DNA of 64,000 bases, taken from positions 41,976,001 to 42,040,000 of the forward strand of contig OZ249436.1 in assembly GCA_965235115.1 (NCBI GenBank). Reading direction: 5' to 3'. The DNA is from Laetmonice hystrix (Eukaryota). Positions 38,201 through 52,700 of this stretch are shown one piece after another. The notes under the pieces were generated by a model that had not been told where the DNA came from, ran no database searches, and saw only the letters and a program-made list of their open reading frames with translations. Position numbers and translations under genes: made by a program. How positions within the stretch are numbered: position 1 is the stretch's first letter; each line of letters begins with the position of its first letter.

Positions 38201-40780
38201 AGGTTGTTTTAGCTGAATATTTCAAGTAATACATTTACTTCTCTTGCTGAGCACAAACGAGCAAACCTAACTACTGTAGGTGTTTCAAAACGTGATAAAA
38301 TCATTCAGTGTTGACAAATTTCAGTGCATACGATTAAATTCTCACAACCTGAAGCCTCGATCGTGACATATTAATTTAACTTAACACACAGTTTTTTGTA
38401 CTAGAAGTTATGTTAAAATGTGCAAAGTAATATCATTTGGGACATTAATGCCTCGTTGGTTTAGGAGACATACCATGTAAATAATGGAAGTCGGCCTACT
38501 TTTGTTAAAATCATAACACACTAATATAAATGAACCTGCTGATAGTTCATATTGTCCAGAAACAAATCAGAGTACCAAAAAAAAACCCTGATAAATTCGT
38601 GAAGCACTTTATTGCACATCACACAAATTTTAAATCCACTCTTTCTGTTCAAACAATGCATGCCAACATCATCATGTATTATTTATCATGACTTTTCGGG
38701 AGCTTTCATACACGGAAGCTCCTGACTGATGTAGTACCGTAGATTTAATCCCTACACCGGTATATTATTAGTAAAGTCAAACTGACCACCACACATCACA
38801 TAACCCTTGGGAGGGGGAAAAAAATCAACATTACCCTAGCGGTATTAACGTGAACTAGAGTTCTTCAGCTGCGGTTGATTGCTCGGCGTCCAATCAATTA
38901 GAACACGTGATCAGTGTTACTTATATATAATAGTTGTATTACTCCAAGTTTACTGGTAATCTAAGCGAGTTAAAGTGCATTCATGCTTGGCACCATTATA
39001 TCACATGCTGGACTCGGCATTAAAATCATCAAAGAATTTGCTCATTATCAGTAACTACCATTGCCAACTCAGCCACAAGTGACTGAAACAACCTCCTGTC
39101 ATGTAAAAACTATCCCGCACCAAAACACAAACTCAAAGTAAAATATATATCACGTACCCTGTACAGCTAAACCAAGCCTTTGCTTAGCAAAAGCATGCCA
39201 ATGAAAACGGATAATTGTCTCAAAAAGTAAATAGCTACCTAGAACAAAAATCATAACGAGAAAGGGCACACCATTAGGATGTGGCCTTCGTGTTCGGTAG
39301 AGGAAATTCATCCAAACTGCACAGTTACATTTAGAACATTACTTCTACAACACACATGTATACTAGGACATATCAATGTATAATGTACGGAAGGAAATAA
39401 AAATCAATTCTGCTTTAAAATCTTGCTCAGCTTATAAAGAGAAATCGAGCCATTTTCCTAGTCCCCTAGTTCTAGCCCTAGTAACCATCATGTGTTAAAA
39501 TCGTGGTATTAGGCACATAGGGCACGGCCTGCCATAAATATGAGGAGGAAAAAAAGGCACTTCACAACTATGGAAATTCATGGAATTCAGTCCAAATCCA
39601 CTCTGATCTAGTCTGTGATATAACATAGTGAGTAAAATAGGGGGATGAGTGAATACGCCAAGAGGGGTGGGTCAGGCCAAGCCAACAGTCAATTTCATTC
39701 CTTCCACGATCATTCTGATACAGAAGAACGGCCTGAAACTACCCGTACTATTATCGTCAGACTGATTGGTGCGAGCGTAGACAACTAGAACGATCAGTTC
39801 CGTATTCGCTTACAAGATAAATACCAGAGATTGATGGTATTTTACATACCAAATATACTTAAGAAAACCGATAATATATATATCCATCACTGTCAGTGCT
39901 GGTATATTACTGGAAACGTCAGATCGTATCAAGAATTGTATGGTAGTTACTGCCACATTTGTTTTCTATGAAGGGTAATACCAGAAATAAGGCCTAACTA
40001 ACATAATTATTATGATATTTTGATGGGTCCCTGAAAATGACACCGAGGATCACGTTAGAGCCAAGAGGTCAACTTCTTCTCTGTACATCTTGCCTCTCTT
40101 TGTACATCCCGCAGTGAGCAGGCTTTAGGTTTGCCCGTTAGGATCGAGATGACATCAGTGCACCGGTACTTTATGTGGTTACACTCCGACTTTTAGTTTT
40201 ACCGTAGTGTTTGACTGTACTCCTATATATCGGTATATATATATATATTACTCTACGATTGGCAAATATATATATGAACTTCGGATTAGTTCTTATTTTC
40301 CACAATATAAAAATCTGGTGAGCTGAAAGAAAATTTGTACACAACCCATATTACGAATATAGAATTCCTATATATTATCATGAAGTCAGTGAACTGCCCG
40401 AACACTGCCTGTAGTATTTGTACACGTTGCGCCATGATTCCTGGTATGGGATGACAAAGTCATGGCATCTTTGATTGAGACAACATTCTTGTATAATATA
40501 TATCATAGTATCTACACACTCAATACAGTGCACGATATCACTTACACACCATAAAGCAAATGCATAGCAGATTTCGTGCCATCAGTTCCATTATTTATAT
40601 CTGTATGAATCCTCAACAATTGTGCACTTACTGGAATGCATTGTTGGAATGCACATTATTCTTGCCAAATATTCCATAACAAATTGTCCTATTGACACTC
40701 TTTTGGCAAGATTTTAAAACATGCACACTCAGGCAAGCATAACGTTATCATCTCATTATAGGTTCCTTAAATTTAATGGT

Positions 40781-43700
40781 CTAAATCTTTGGAAGCTTTG
40801 GTGCGCTAACCACTGGATTGCTCTGTTCTAGAAGTTTCCGTCCCTCGCTCTTGTAGTCAAACGTGCAATCATGTGATTCGGCATAGCGGTGAGTCGCACA
40901 GAAGTTGTTTCCACATCTGGGGAATCAAGGAAATAATAATATTATAGCTAGTCTATATCATTCATTGCAGATTTGCATTACAATGTATACGAATTCATAT
41001 AAACATAATGTACCAATTTTGTTGAAATGGCTATGCTTAAAGCTGGTACTACACTAGGCGATGCAACAAACGATTTGCTTGCTACGACCCATCGCAACCG
41101 GGGGAATGCCCATCGCTCGCTCGTCGCATCAGTAATGCTGCTACATTTGGCAATCAAAACAGGGGATCGCCCACCCGATTTGCCGCCTCATTTCAACCAA
41201 TATTTGTACGGATAATCACATGACAAGTATAGCGACTTCTTGTTGGTTGATCCAGTGGACAAGTCATTGCGATGAGCGGCGGCGATGGCTACACTTGTAG
41301 CAAGCAGGAAAACGGTGCGATTTTGATGCAACCGTCGTCGCAAAGAATGAACATTGCGATCGGCGACGGAGCATACTACACTATGCGATGCGACCGTGGG
41401 AACGTGAAATCGCAACGTGATCGCAACGGAATCGCCTAGTGTAGTGCCAGCTTTATTCACGAAAACAAAAAACTGCACGTTTCCAGCACTCGTGCCACAC
41501 TACCTACCTGCACTGATAACTGGTGGCGAGGCCCGTCTTCTTTGCACAGACAAAACAGCGTTTGGAGGGTTTCTTCTTCTGTTTTACAGGTGGCAACCGA
41601 GGAGCTGGGGACAATATGCGCCCTTCTCTACTAGCCGACATCCGTTGTAAGCGCGCAGACTGAAAAACAATAGTTTTTCTCGTATACCCTCTTAGTTTGA
41701 TTCTCATTCTATCAAACTAATGCAATAGTTGATCTCAAGACTTCCTCAAACATGTTCTATACTGAGGTAAAATACGGTTTTGTTTAGGTACATGAATTAT
41801 AATGATGACTCACCACAAGTCTACCTTCTGGAGTAGTAACCCGACTTCCATCCTTGATACCTGCGCTGCCAAGATGGAAACTTGCACGAGACTTGCTCGC
41901 ACTCCTGACAAAGTTACTAATTCTGGATGAACCGAGTCGCTCCAGTGATGCCTGACGTAACAAGCCTCGAGCTTCTATCTGACTCAGGCTCTCCAACATG
42001 AGACCTTGTTTACGATCAACATTAGCATATTTAGAAGTTGGTGGACGCACTAAGCTTTCCTTTAGATTTTCAAATGTGACGTCTTTTGTGCGTCTGGCTG
42101 ATGCTGACGTAGTCGCCTGGTGACCTAGAGCTGCCTCGTAGTCGTGATCAATGATTCGTTCCAAGCCTTTGCTGGAAGATGTCGGTGGACACATTGAGAG
42201 CGAGTGATTTATTGAGTCTTTCTTACGTGATGTATACTGTTGGGCGGATGACGTGGACGGCCATGTCTGAGCCATTTCTTTCAGCAGCATCTCCTGAGTA
42301 CCTCCAGAACTGTCCCTTCTCCGTGAGTGAACACCCGGTTGTAAAGGCGTTAAATTTCTCAGGGTGGCTTCCTTAGGTAATTTCTCCTTAGAGTCCTCAG
42401 ATCCTGCACTGACTACCTGATGGCTAGCACCACTTTCCGCTGCATCATCATCAGCAGCAGCAGCAAGAGGAGTGGTAGCAGAAGCAGCAGCTGCTGCACC
42501 TTCAACTTCTGCCGGGGCACCTGCTGCAGCTGCCCCTTCAGAGTCATTACCCTTTTTTACATCTAACACATTTCGATTATGCTGTGCTGCTGCTGCAGCT
42601 GCTGCTGCTGCAGCTGCTGCTGCTGCTGCTGCTGCTGCTGAGGAAGCATCTTCCTTGACACTAGACAATGGACGCTTCAGTTTGGCACTGTCGAGCACCT
42701 CCAGGCGTCGGCGGGCTGAAGCTGAGGCTGGAAGACCTAGATCACTGGGGGTGTCATTTATGACGGAGAGGACTGAGTTTACCGACGACCGTCCTGACGG
42801 TGGCTCCGGGTTGTGGCTGCCAGAGGAGCTGCGAGCGTGGCCCTGGCCAACAGGGGGCAGCGGATTCTTGGCCAGGGCTCCCAGGGCCTGCCTTGAGGTT
42901 GTGCCAGAGCTACTGCCCAACCTGTGGGTCCCGCTCCGACCATGACTCCCGGGCCTTCCCGTGGACGGCGGTCTTGGCACTAGCTTCTTCTTAGGCTGAA
43001 ATAGAGAAAGATTAAAGAACTTCAAATGCAAAGTTTGATTCATCTTTTAAAGGGTGTCTGAATCAAAGTAGGCATACTTGCGGCAGTGAGGTTTATCTGC
43101 TTATAAAGAGATGTTACTTATAAATACGTGTTGAAACAAACTATTGTATACAAGTCTCTGGGGCAGCTCACTGGTCTCAACGATTGCGATGAGCAATTCC
43201 TTGCCTTGTGGGACTCTAGAATTAGCGGTGCCAGAAATTTTGGGGACGAGTGCAAATATTCACTGCTTCTTTAAAACAAAAGAAGAGGCTCGCCCCAGTT
43301 GGCACATTGCCAGGCACAAAGGCCGTGAAATTTTAAGTTAGTTAGAAAAGAGTGGAATACAATTGATGCTCAAATAGTTAACATATAAGCATTTTAGTGC
43401 CGGAACCTGCTCAGCGTGTGGATGCCGCCATAGCGTCTGCTAACATAGCGTCAGCACGACTGCTTTCGGGAACTAAAACCCTACACACATGTATGCAGCA
43501 TTGAGCAATTCGGAAGATAGTAAACATTGGCCACTTACATGAGCCATATTTGTTAGAAGCTAGACAGAAACCATTGATAGTGATGAGGAGTCGCTAGGAA
43601 TTAGCCGTACCAACATCTGGGTGTCGGATACATCAGGGTGTTCAAAATGGGTTTAGGGTTTATCGTTAGGGTTAGGGATAGTGATTGTTATATTACAAAG

Positions 43701-46700
43701 CAAATTCTTTGTCTGCTTGAGGGATTTAGCCGACATCGATTTACCCCTATGCATGCACATGCACGAATAGATATAGACCGGAATTATAAGACACTGTGAC
43801 GTCAACAGATTTCCAGACAGTACCAGAATGGCTGCGCTGCTGAAGCCGGTGATTTTGACACGGTCGTCATGTTTGACATATGACTTCTTGGAATGGGGGG
43901 GGGGGCATTTATTTCCAACCACTACTTTGAAAGGTGAGTATACATGGAGGCCTTGCGGCGGTCTAAAATGCGATTTTTGACAAGCTTTTGCCTTTAATAA
44001 CCAAGCACCACGGAATGTTTCGTTCTTGTCTCTCTGCAACGACTTTATACTGGTATAATATATCTAAAAATACATAATCGGGGAATAAAAACATGATGGC
44101 ATGAAACTAGTTTTATTGACGTCAAGTACCGTTTAACCTGTATTATTGATGACACACATTTTGGGCCATAAAGTCTAATGGCACCAATACCACTCATATA
44201 CTCTCCTCTCATAACAAACCTACTGGTACTGACACTCTGCCCGTTTGTCCACTAACATGTTCTCTACCACCTCTAATCTACTCTGCTTGACTGCCTTTGA
44301 ATCTGGCACCAATGGTGACCTTGGCACAGACCTAGCCCACTCGCACACATTCAGACACAGGCTCGTGTCGAGTGTAGCCTTCAGCATGGTGTAATAAATC
44401 ATGTCTGACACTGTTTGCCAATCAGTGCTGAGCTCACCTGTACATACTAACTTGAGTCAGACTGTCAACTGAAAACCACCAAGTGCGGGTCTCTTTTGTT
44501 CCTAACATGATGCCCAGGATGGCTGGCCACTGACCAAGGTAATTCAGGTTTTGTTAACACTTAAACTGGGGGCTAGGAATTCAGTGCAGGAAGTTCATGA
44601 GAGATTGTAAATGATAAAATGTTTCATGTTGGCAACTTTCCATGCCAGATTTGAATCTTTCTGAGTCAGCCAGTTTAATCGTTTTGTAACTGACAAGTTA
44701 TGTCTGCATTAATCGTTTCGTAACTGACAAGTTATGTTTGCCAATCATGCTATCAAAACAAAGGCATTCAGGATAGTCAATAATTTCTGACATTTTCTGT
44801 TGAAGGATTGACTATTTTTGTTGTTGGTGGTTATCCATTAGTGTACATGTATACCATGTCAGCACCATTTTTCTCCAGCTTACAGTACTAGTAGTAGCTC
44901 ATTATCATTTTCACTGGCTCAAAGCATTGTGTATGTCGGCAATCACCCCTCAATATTATAAAAATAAATAAAATTAATCTATAATTGTGAGGTTCTTTTG
45001 ATGGTATTTGACTCACCTTCCTGACACCTAACTACTTACTCACATGTATACGCAGTTACTGAACAAAGAAAAGTGGATTAGTTTCTACAGATTTACGAAT
45101 CCCTTTGAAAATCTCTCAATGTCAATATCGAAGCCCTAGAACCCTAGAAAAGCTCCAATTCATGACAGGTCGCACTCAGTCAACAAGGAACTAATCTACA
45201 ACAATTACAATGAGGCCATCATATGGATGTGTAATCAAGTGCCCTTCCTTCAATATTCTACGGTAACAGTTTTAGGCCTACTTCACCATTGCCATGACTC
45301 CTTAAAACGAAAAATTATTGGCTTGTCTCTCCTTATAATATTATACTAGTGTGTCTTACTAATGTAATTACCGGTAATAATTAAAAGGTACATTTTTGTT
45401 AGGTTAAAGTAAAATTGGTACAGACCTAAATACTGCCAATCATTTCCCAATTTTACATACGGTTAAATAATAAATTTCCGTTTTTTTTTCTATTGTTTTG
45501 TTCGTCTCCTAACTGCCATTTTTTCTAATATATACAGTGCAAGAATAACTGCTCTACCGTATTCACGGCTCAATTTCATGAAGTATTCCTGGACATTTGT
45601 TCAAACCATGCCATTCATTAAACGTCATCTTGATATATCAAAAGAAATGTAAATATTGTAATATAATCAACGGCACTGGGAAACAAGTGTAGTTGCACTC
45701 GGCCTGTGTGCCAAAGATCAGCAGTAATCCCACTTCTTTTTTAAGTTCACTCCAAGTCTAATTACTGTACTTGTAGGCCACTCACAGATAGGATAGAACC
45801 ATAAATCTGCTGTGTACCACTATATCGACAGAAAAGGGATATTTCATTTTAAACGACAAGCTCTATTGATTATGAATACATACGTGTAGTGTACCCCCGG
45901 TACCTAAGGCTAAACGTTCTCTCTTCTGCTTTAGTTTAGGAGAACTGTACATTTTCTATTTTGAGCGTACTGGGATTGCGAATGACGCATTTTTGCTGAA
46001 CATAAGTAAAAACAAAAATATATGTTGTGTGCACAAATCAGATCATGAATTGAATTAGTTACATATTAGCCAAGCCAAGTTATTTTTAATTTTTAACTGT
46101 TGGCATTATATTCAAATAAACCATGGTAGTGGTTGACGAAGTACTATGTTACTTATAAATCATTACTGGTGTTGTGCCAGATATGAATAAAGTTTTGATA
46201 AATTATTAGTTCACGCCTTATACTGATTGAACCTTTAGAGAGGCTTGACCCTTACTATGGACAGCTTTAGGGGTGTGGAGGCTCTGACCAGCTCACGTCA
46301 AGTTCGGGACAAAAGATCAGGGTCGCGCAGTGTTTAAGACTAGTCAGTAACCAGCTTACAGGTAAGTATGGCTTAATATAATGCCCAGACATGTTGCTAG
46401 ATCACACAAAGTGGCCGTACAGACCAGGGCTGCCCCCTCCCCCAGTACCATTCCTACCAACCTGGCATTCTATCAAGCCGACCCAGAAACCTAAACCATT
46501 GCTAGGTCAGAGTGTGTTCAGACCAGTATGACTGACTCCCACTGCATGTCGATCAACTTACACCCACCCCCCACCCCCTTACCACTTCCTCCTGGTAAGT
46601 AAGTAACCCATTCCCTGAACACCTCTTCTCCTCAGTGACGTGCAGACAACAACAAGCATTCCCTTCTTTATTTTATTTTGCCCAGAATAATCTCACATCT

Positions 46701-49700
46701 AGGCCACAATTACAGCAGGTGTATGTGGAAATCCTGGACGTGTAGGGCCGTGTTCAACAGTTACACTATAAAAGTCTCCTTAATAATGCACGCTCACACG
46801 TCCTACTGGCGCTTGAGACGCCCAGATCTGTAAACACCAATCAATCCCAACTACCTTGGTATGTGCGGATCAATAATAACCAATCTAATATGGCTAGGTT
46901 ATTTTCAGTCTACTAACACATACCAAATATATACCTGCACCGAACTTAAGACATGATAAGTGTAGAAATAATATGGACTGTTGCGTTGGTGGTACTACGC
47001 AGCACATAACTCCTGTAAACAAGTCAACTTAAACCATGGTGTGGTAAAGGTTCTTTATGTGGTGACTCTCGGACCAAGAATATACCTTTGGATTCATCAA
47101 CATGGATATTATGAGAGAAACACTGTTTCCAGGGGGGAGGTGAGAAGGGGGAGCAGACTTCCTCCCGAGTGATCACTTTCAAGTTTCACCCACGGTCCGT
47201 TTGTAATTGATTTGGTCATGAATCAGTTTATACTAGGTTCCCCTCTCGGCTGGTATCATTGATTTGGTCATGAATCAGTTTATACTAGGTTCCCCTCTCG
47301 GCTGGTATCATTGATTTGGTCATGAATCAGTTTATACTAGGTTCCCCTCTCGGCTGGTATCATTGATTTGGTCATGAATCAGTTTATACTAGGTTCCCCT
47401 CTCGGCTGGTACCATTGATTTGGTCATGAATCAGTTTATACTAGGTTCCCCTCTCGGCTGGTACCATTGATTTGGTCATGAATCAGTTTATACTAGGTTC
47501 CCCTCTCGGCTGGTACCATTGATTTGGTCATGAATCAGTTTATACTAGGTTCCCCTCTCGGCTGGTACCATTGATTTGGTCATGAATCAGTTTATACTAG
47601 GTTCCCCTCTCGGCTGGTACCATTGATTTGGTCATGAATCAGTTTATACTAGGTTCCCCTCTCGGCTGGTACCATTGAGCTCACTACATAATAACAAAGT
47701 GTGTTCTTTATTTCTTTTAAGTTTAATACAAAACCTCATTTGTCTGCAGACGAGGTGAAAAATGCTCAGCTAGAGGTGCAAAATGAAGTCAATGTGCAGA
47801 ATGATTTGTTTGCTACTGAAGCTTCCAGTCCTCAACACCAGGCCTTACTGTGATGTTTAGCTTACCTTTTTGGTTAGAGTGAGGGACTCCATCTTTGATC
47901 GCAACAGTTGCATTTTCTCCTGAGTCTTAAGATTTTCCTCAGTAACTTCCTTTGGTGAGCAATCCTCATCATCCTCGTCATCATAAAGGTTGTACATAGA
48001 GGCTCCACTGAAATGTAGAGGACTGTAGCACCTATGTTAGCATGCCAATTATGGGTCAACTTAGAACTTCTGATGACAGAAATTGAATCTTTCTTTGGCT
48101 GAGTTTGAATCTTGTATAAGGATATCAAAACATGATGATGATTAAAAAATTAGAGTCTATCTAGACAGACCTTTTTCTAAAACTCTTTTAGGTCAAATAC
48201 TGAATACTGTACTCCCAGAGCCAAGTTTTCTTCAGTTTTGGACAAAAACAAGTAATGTTGAGCACTTTTAATCGAAACTAGACAAATCAGACCGGGAATC
48301 AAAACAAAGCCATACACGATGACATATAACCTATGTATACTAGACCCCACTGTGTAAGCTATCCCGAAAAAAAAAACCACTGAACTTGGACATAAAAATT
48401 TGGTAATAATAGGTGATTTGGAATGAAAATCATCTAGATCTTCTATTTATATTTTCGGAAGCTCTTGAAAAATGAGTACCTTAGAGACTCAGAAAGAGGT
48501 GTAAGAGTACCATCCCCACGGTCAACAACACGGAAGAAATTGAGCTGATCGCCCTCTCGATATACGAGTAGCGTCACTTGTCGGTTTCCCGGCAGTTTCT
48601 CCAGAATCTCGTCTCGGTTGGCCTCCATGTACTCAGCCATCTCCCGCAGAGCTGGATCCTCCATCGAGACTGCAAAATCATTTTCATGTGTTTCATATAT
48701 AACCCTTTTGATATACATCCGTGTATATATCATTACTCATATACAGAGGTTGAGAAAGATCAGTTTCCGTTTTCTTCCCTTCTAGGATATTACATTTGTA
48801 GAGCAATCCAAAACTATTCAAATACCTGGTGTATATAAAAAATGTAGGGTACATATCAATTAAATATAAAATTTTGAGTCTCTTATAGAGATAGTCTGAA
48901 AATTAGCTTTCTGCTCAGAATATACTGTATGTACTTTTACACAGAACCACCAATCTGAGATACTCAAGCCTGAACTCAAATTCAATGTACAAGGGGCCAT
49001 GAAGTATGGGATCTACTTTCAAAGATATCTGCATGAAAGCTACAATCTGCTTGCATATCTTTAGGGTCCGACTTTCAATTGTCACATAATGACAAACATT
49101 TCCAAACAAAATTTAAATTTCATGCCATGGTTCATAATTTGATTGGTCCATGTTGCACCTTCAGTAATTTGGATCTCAGTAAGTAAAAATTACCAAGTTG
49201 AAAATATTTATGCTATTTAAAAGTTCTAACATCTTTATTGTTGATCTGGGAATCAAATTATGAGTTTTAAAAGATTTGGGCTCAATGCTGCAAAAAGCTG
49301 GGCTCAGTTGATGCTTACTACGGCGAGTGTTTATTGGCCCTCCCCGCATGGCCAGCACCAACTTGAGAGTTGCTCCATCATGGATGCTGTAGTCGTGGAG
49401 ACAATAGTCATCTTCCAGCTCCATTGACTGCCAGATCAAGTGTTGCTGGGAGATAGGAATCCCTGTAACCAACCATATAACCACTCTTAGTAGGAACTCT
49501 CAAATAGGAATCCCTGTAAACAAACATATTTTACCACTCTTAGTAGGAACTCTCAAATAGGAATCCCTGTAACCAACCATATAACCACTCTTAGTAGGAA
49601 CTCTCAAATAGGAATCCCTGTAACCAACCATATAACCACTCTTAGTAGGAACTCTCAAATAGGAATCCCTGTAACCAACCATATAACCACTCTTAGTAGG

Positions 49701-52700
49701 AACTCTCAAATAGGAATCCCTGTAACCAACCATATAACCACTCCTGGTAGTGGTAGGAACTCTCACGTAGGAATCCCTGTAACCAAACATGTAACCACTC
49801 CTGGTGGGAACTCTCAAATAGGAATCCCTGTAACCAACCATATAACCACTCTTAGTAGGAACTCTCAAATAGAAATCCTGTAAACAAACATATTACCACT
49901 CTTAGTAGGAACTCTCAAATAGGAATCCCTGTAAGTTGTAACCAAACACATAACCACTCCTGGTACTGGTAGGAACTCTCACATAGGAATCCCTGTAACC
50001 AACCATATAACCACTCTTAGTAGGAACTCTCAAATAGGAATCCCTGTAACCAAACATATAACCACTCCTGGTAGGAACTCTCAAATATACCAAGCTAAAG
50101 TGATTACACTACGTGAGGTAAATGTTCTCTAATACTACTCTATAGATCTTACTGATTTCTTTATGTACACTGACTACTTTTTACTTCTAAATGTCTTTTC
50201 TTAGAATAGTCAAGGGTAGACAGCCGCCCCAGGTTTCCAAAGGATATGGGACAACAATAGTAATGACCAGTGCTATAACCTAATCTGACATCCTTCTCTT
50301 TGATTTTAGATATACAGCAATATATCTCTGTGTAACTGATTAGGGAAACAGACTGTCAAATAAACACAGACCTTCTAATTTACCATCTGCATCTCCTAGG
50401 GGTATTCCCGGACACAATTAGCACCTGGGTAACCAATGCAAATTTCCAGTGCCACACGGAAGGCCTAGCCATTGTTTTACCTACAGTTCAAGGTCACAAC
50501 AAAGCCACCATCTTGACCATGTGGCGTCATCATTCATTGTGTGTAGTGACCACCAACTCCATACAACAGCTGTGGCTTGAGGGGCCATTGTGTCCATCCA
50601 TATGGGCAAGGACCCCCCACCCACCTTCCATGTGCAGGGCTGGAAATCCCATAATTGATGGGGTGACAAAACAAAGACAGGCAATCCACCTTGGCCTTAA
50701 ATAATGGTATAATTTTAGCTTGGGTTTACAATACTGCAATCACCTAATCAAACTCTCATGTGATTTGAAGCATTATCAAAGGGTACTGCAGTCACAGTTA
50801 GCTCCCAATACATTACATTCTTATTCAGGACTCCCACTGGGGAAAATATGGCACAGTGGCTGTGCCATCCGCCTGTCGTGCCAAAAGATATACATAAATT
50901 AATGAGGGAGTTATGCAATTAATGACTTTTAGAGCTGTCACTTCTACTGAATCCATCTGTCGATTTTATGACTCCAAGTTAGCAGCTTGGGTGTAAGATA
51001 TCCTTCAGGGGAATAATGAACAATGTGGCATGATATTGTAATATGTATCCAAGGGTTTCAAAGGTTAGTGAACCTGACTACTGCCAGCACTGGCAACAGA
51101 AGCTATTTCTGTTAACTTTGAGCCCCTTCAATCTGGAAATATATTATGTTGGAAAAGGGCCTTAGAGATTATTAAAAACTACTGATTGTAGACAGGCCAT
51201 TGACTTAAATTCTCAGTAGTTGATGTGCCAAGGTCTACTGGTGTTAGACTTAGCCTTTACTTTGTTTCAATGGTTGCTGTTCCAAGTCCACTGGTGGCAT
51301 GTGTCCTCAGGCAACTAGGCAACAAATTCTTTTTGGCAACCCGATTTCTGAATGCACCTGTTGGTCATGTAAAATCAGTAGTTCCTGTATTTAAGTAAAT
51401 TGATAGCCTGGGACTGTCAAAAACCAATGTGGCTGAACAAAAACCTTGGGTGAGGTGGAGGTGGGGGCTGTCACTGGTCTGAAGTGCTGGACTAAAAACA
51501 TGGGCTGGACCTCGACCAGCGTGGTCCAGTACATACACACAATGTACAGTACAATGTATAGGTAAACTTTGACCCTGACTCTGCAAACAATTCCTCTGCC
51601 TGGATCTTGAACAAATAAGTTGGTCAATACCTTGGTTACTACACCAGCTTCACTCAGACAAAAATAATAATGAGAGAATCCTAGAATTTATAGACATTTA
51701 TTTTGGGGTATGATTCTAGTAGTCATCGCTGTGGCTACTAATCTAGAACAGTCAAACCAACTCTCCACACCTCGATAACCAGTTGAAAAAACTTCACCAC
51801 ATTATAGTCATTTAGAATTTGTGACCATACCCCTTTTCATGCACAATGACGTAAGCCTTCATACCGTATATGTCCCTTTAGCCGCGCATGTGCGTGTGCA
51901 GAAAAGCAGTGCGCGGCAGTTGATATAAAATTTACGGTACGTCAAATCTACTACATTATGACGTCATTATCAGATAGTACGCCAGTCATCGCCATGCCCG
52001 GAAGGACACAGCTTGTTTGAAAAAATGCGGGGGTGCACGGCAAATAGGTAGTGCGCGACTAAAAGGACATATACGGTATATGGTAAGGTGGCCACAGGTC
52101 AACCTTATGCCGTAACAAAACAGGCGGCGACTGGATTTTCAGGACAACACTGCATGTAAGGCACGATGGTGTGGAACAGAACAGAACAGTCTAGCCTGTT
52201 CCCTGTTCCCAATGAGCACACACATTCCCTGTTTTGTGACCTTAGGCTTAGCATAATCATTTTGCCTGATGCAGATGACTGCGTCATGGCGCAAACAATC
52301 AGGGGTGTGACCTGTGGCCACCTTCAGAAGCTGTTTCGGGGTGGGGGGGGGGGGACACTGGAGAATTTAAAATAATATGTGGTGCCTTAAGTTATATTAA
52401 ATATTCTCATATATTTTGTGTCTTCTAATTTCGCGATTTTTGCATTAGTTTTTAAAGTGATGTCGTTTCATCATTAGTATTTAGTAAAAAATACTATTGC
52501 ATTTACTTTTTTGACATCCGTAATCCTGTTGATTCCACATTTTAATACATTTTTTCTCTTTTTGACAGCAGTGCTATTAATAGAATGCCAATTATAAAAA
52601 ACAGGAAATCAGCCCAAAATGACAGCAATGTGAAATTTTAATCCTGTGTAATTAAACTAAACTACAGTTTTCACAGTGATGTTGGAAGCAATTTTCAAGT

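Noticed and set aside
42472..42945. 157-aa plus-strand Ala-rich ORF and other antisense ORFs over large exons (e.g. 23289-23891, 55919-56317)
   Set aside because: Shadow frames of real coding exons on the opposite strand.
43650..43680. TTAGGG telomere-like repeats
   Set aside because: Only about three imperfect units; too short for an interstitial telomere.
47207..47678. CRISPR-like regular repeat
   Set aside because: Head-to-tail units with no unique spacers, no cas genes, eukaryotic intron.
49500..49868. 122-aa repetitive ORF (RVPTKSGYMVGYRDSYL)n resembling a neuropeptide precursor
   Set aside because: It is one open frame of the 51-bp array, not the ZFAND4 frame; no ATG start, signal peptide or dibasic cleavage sites.
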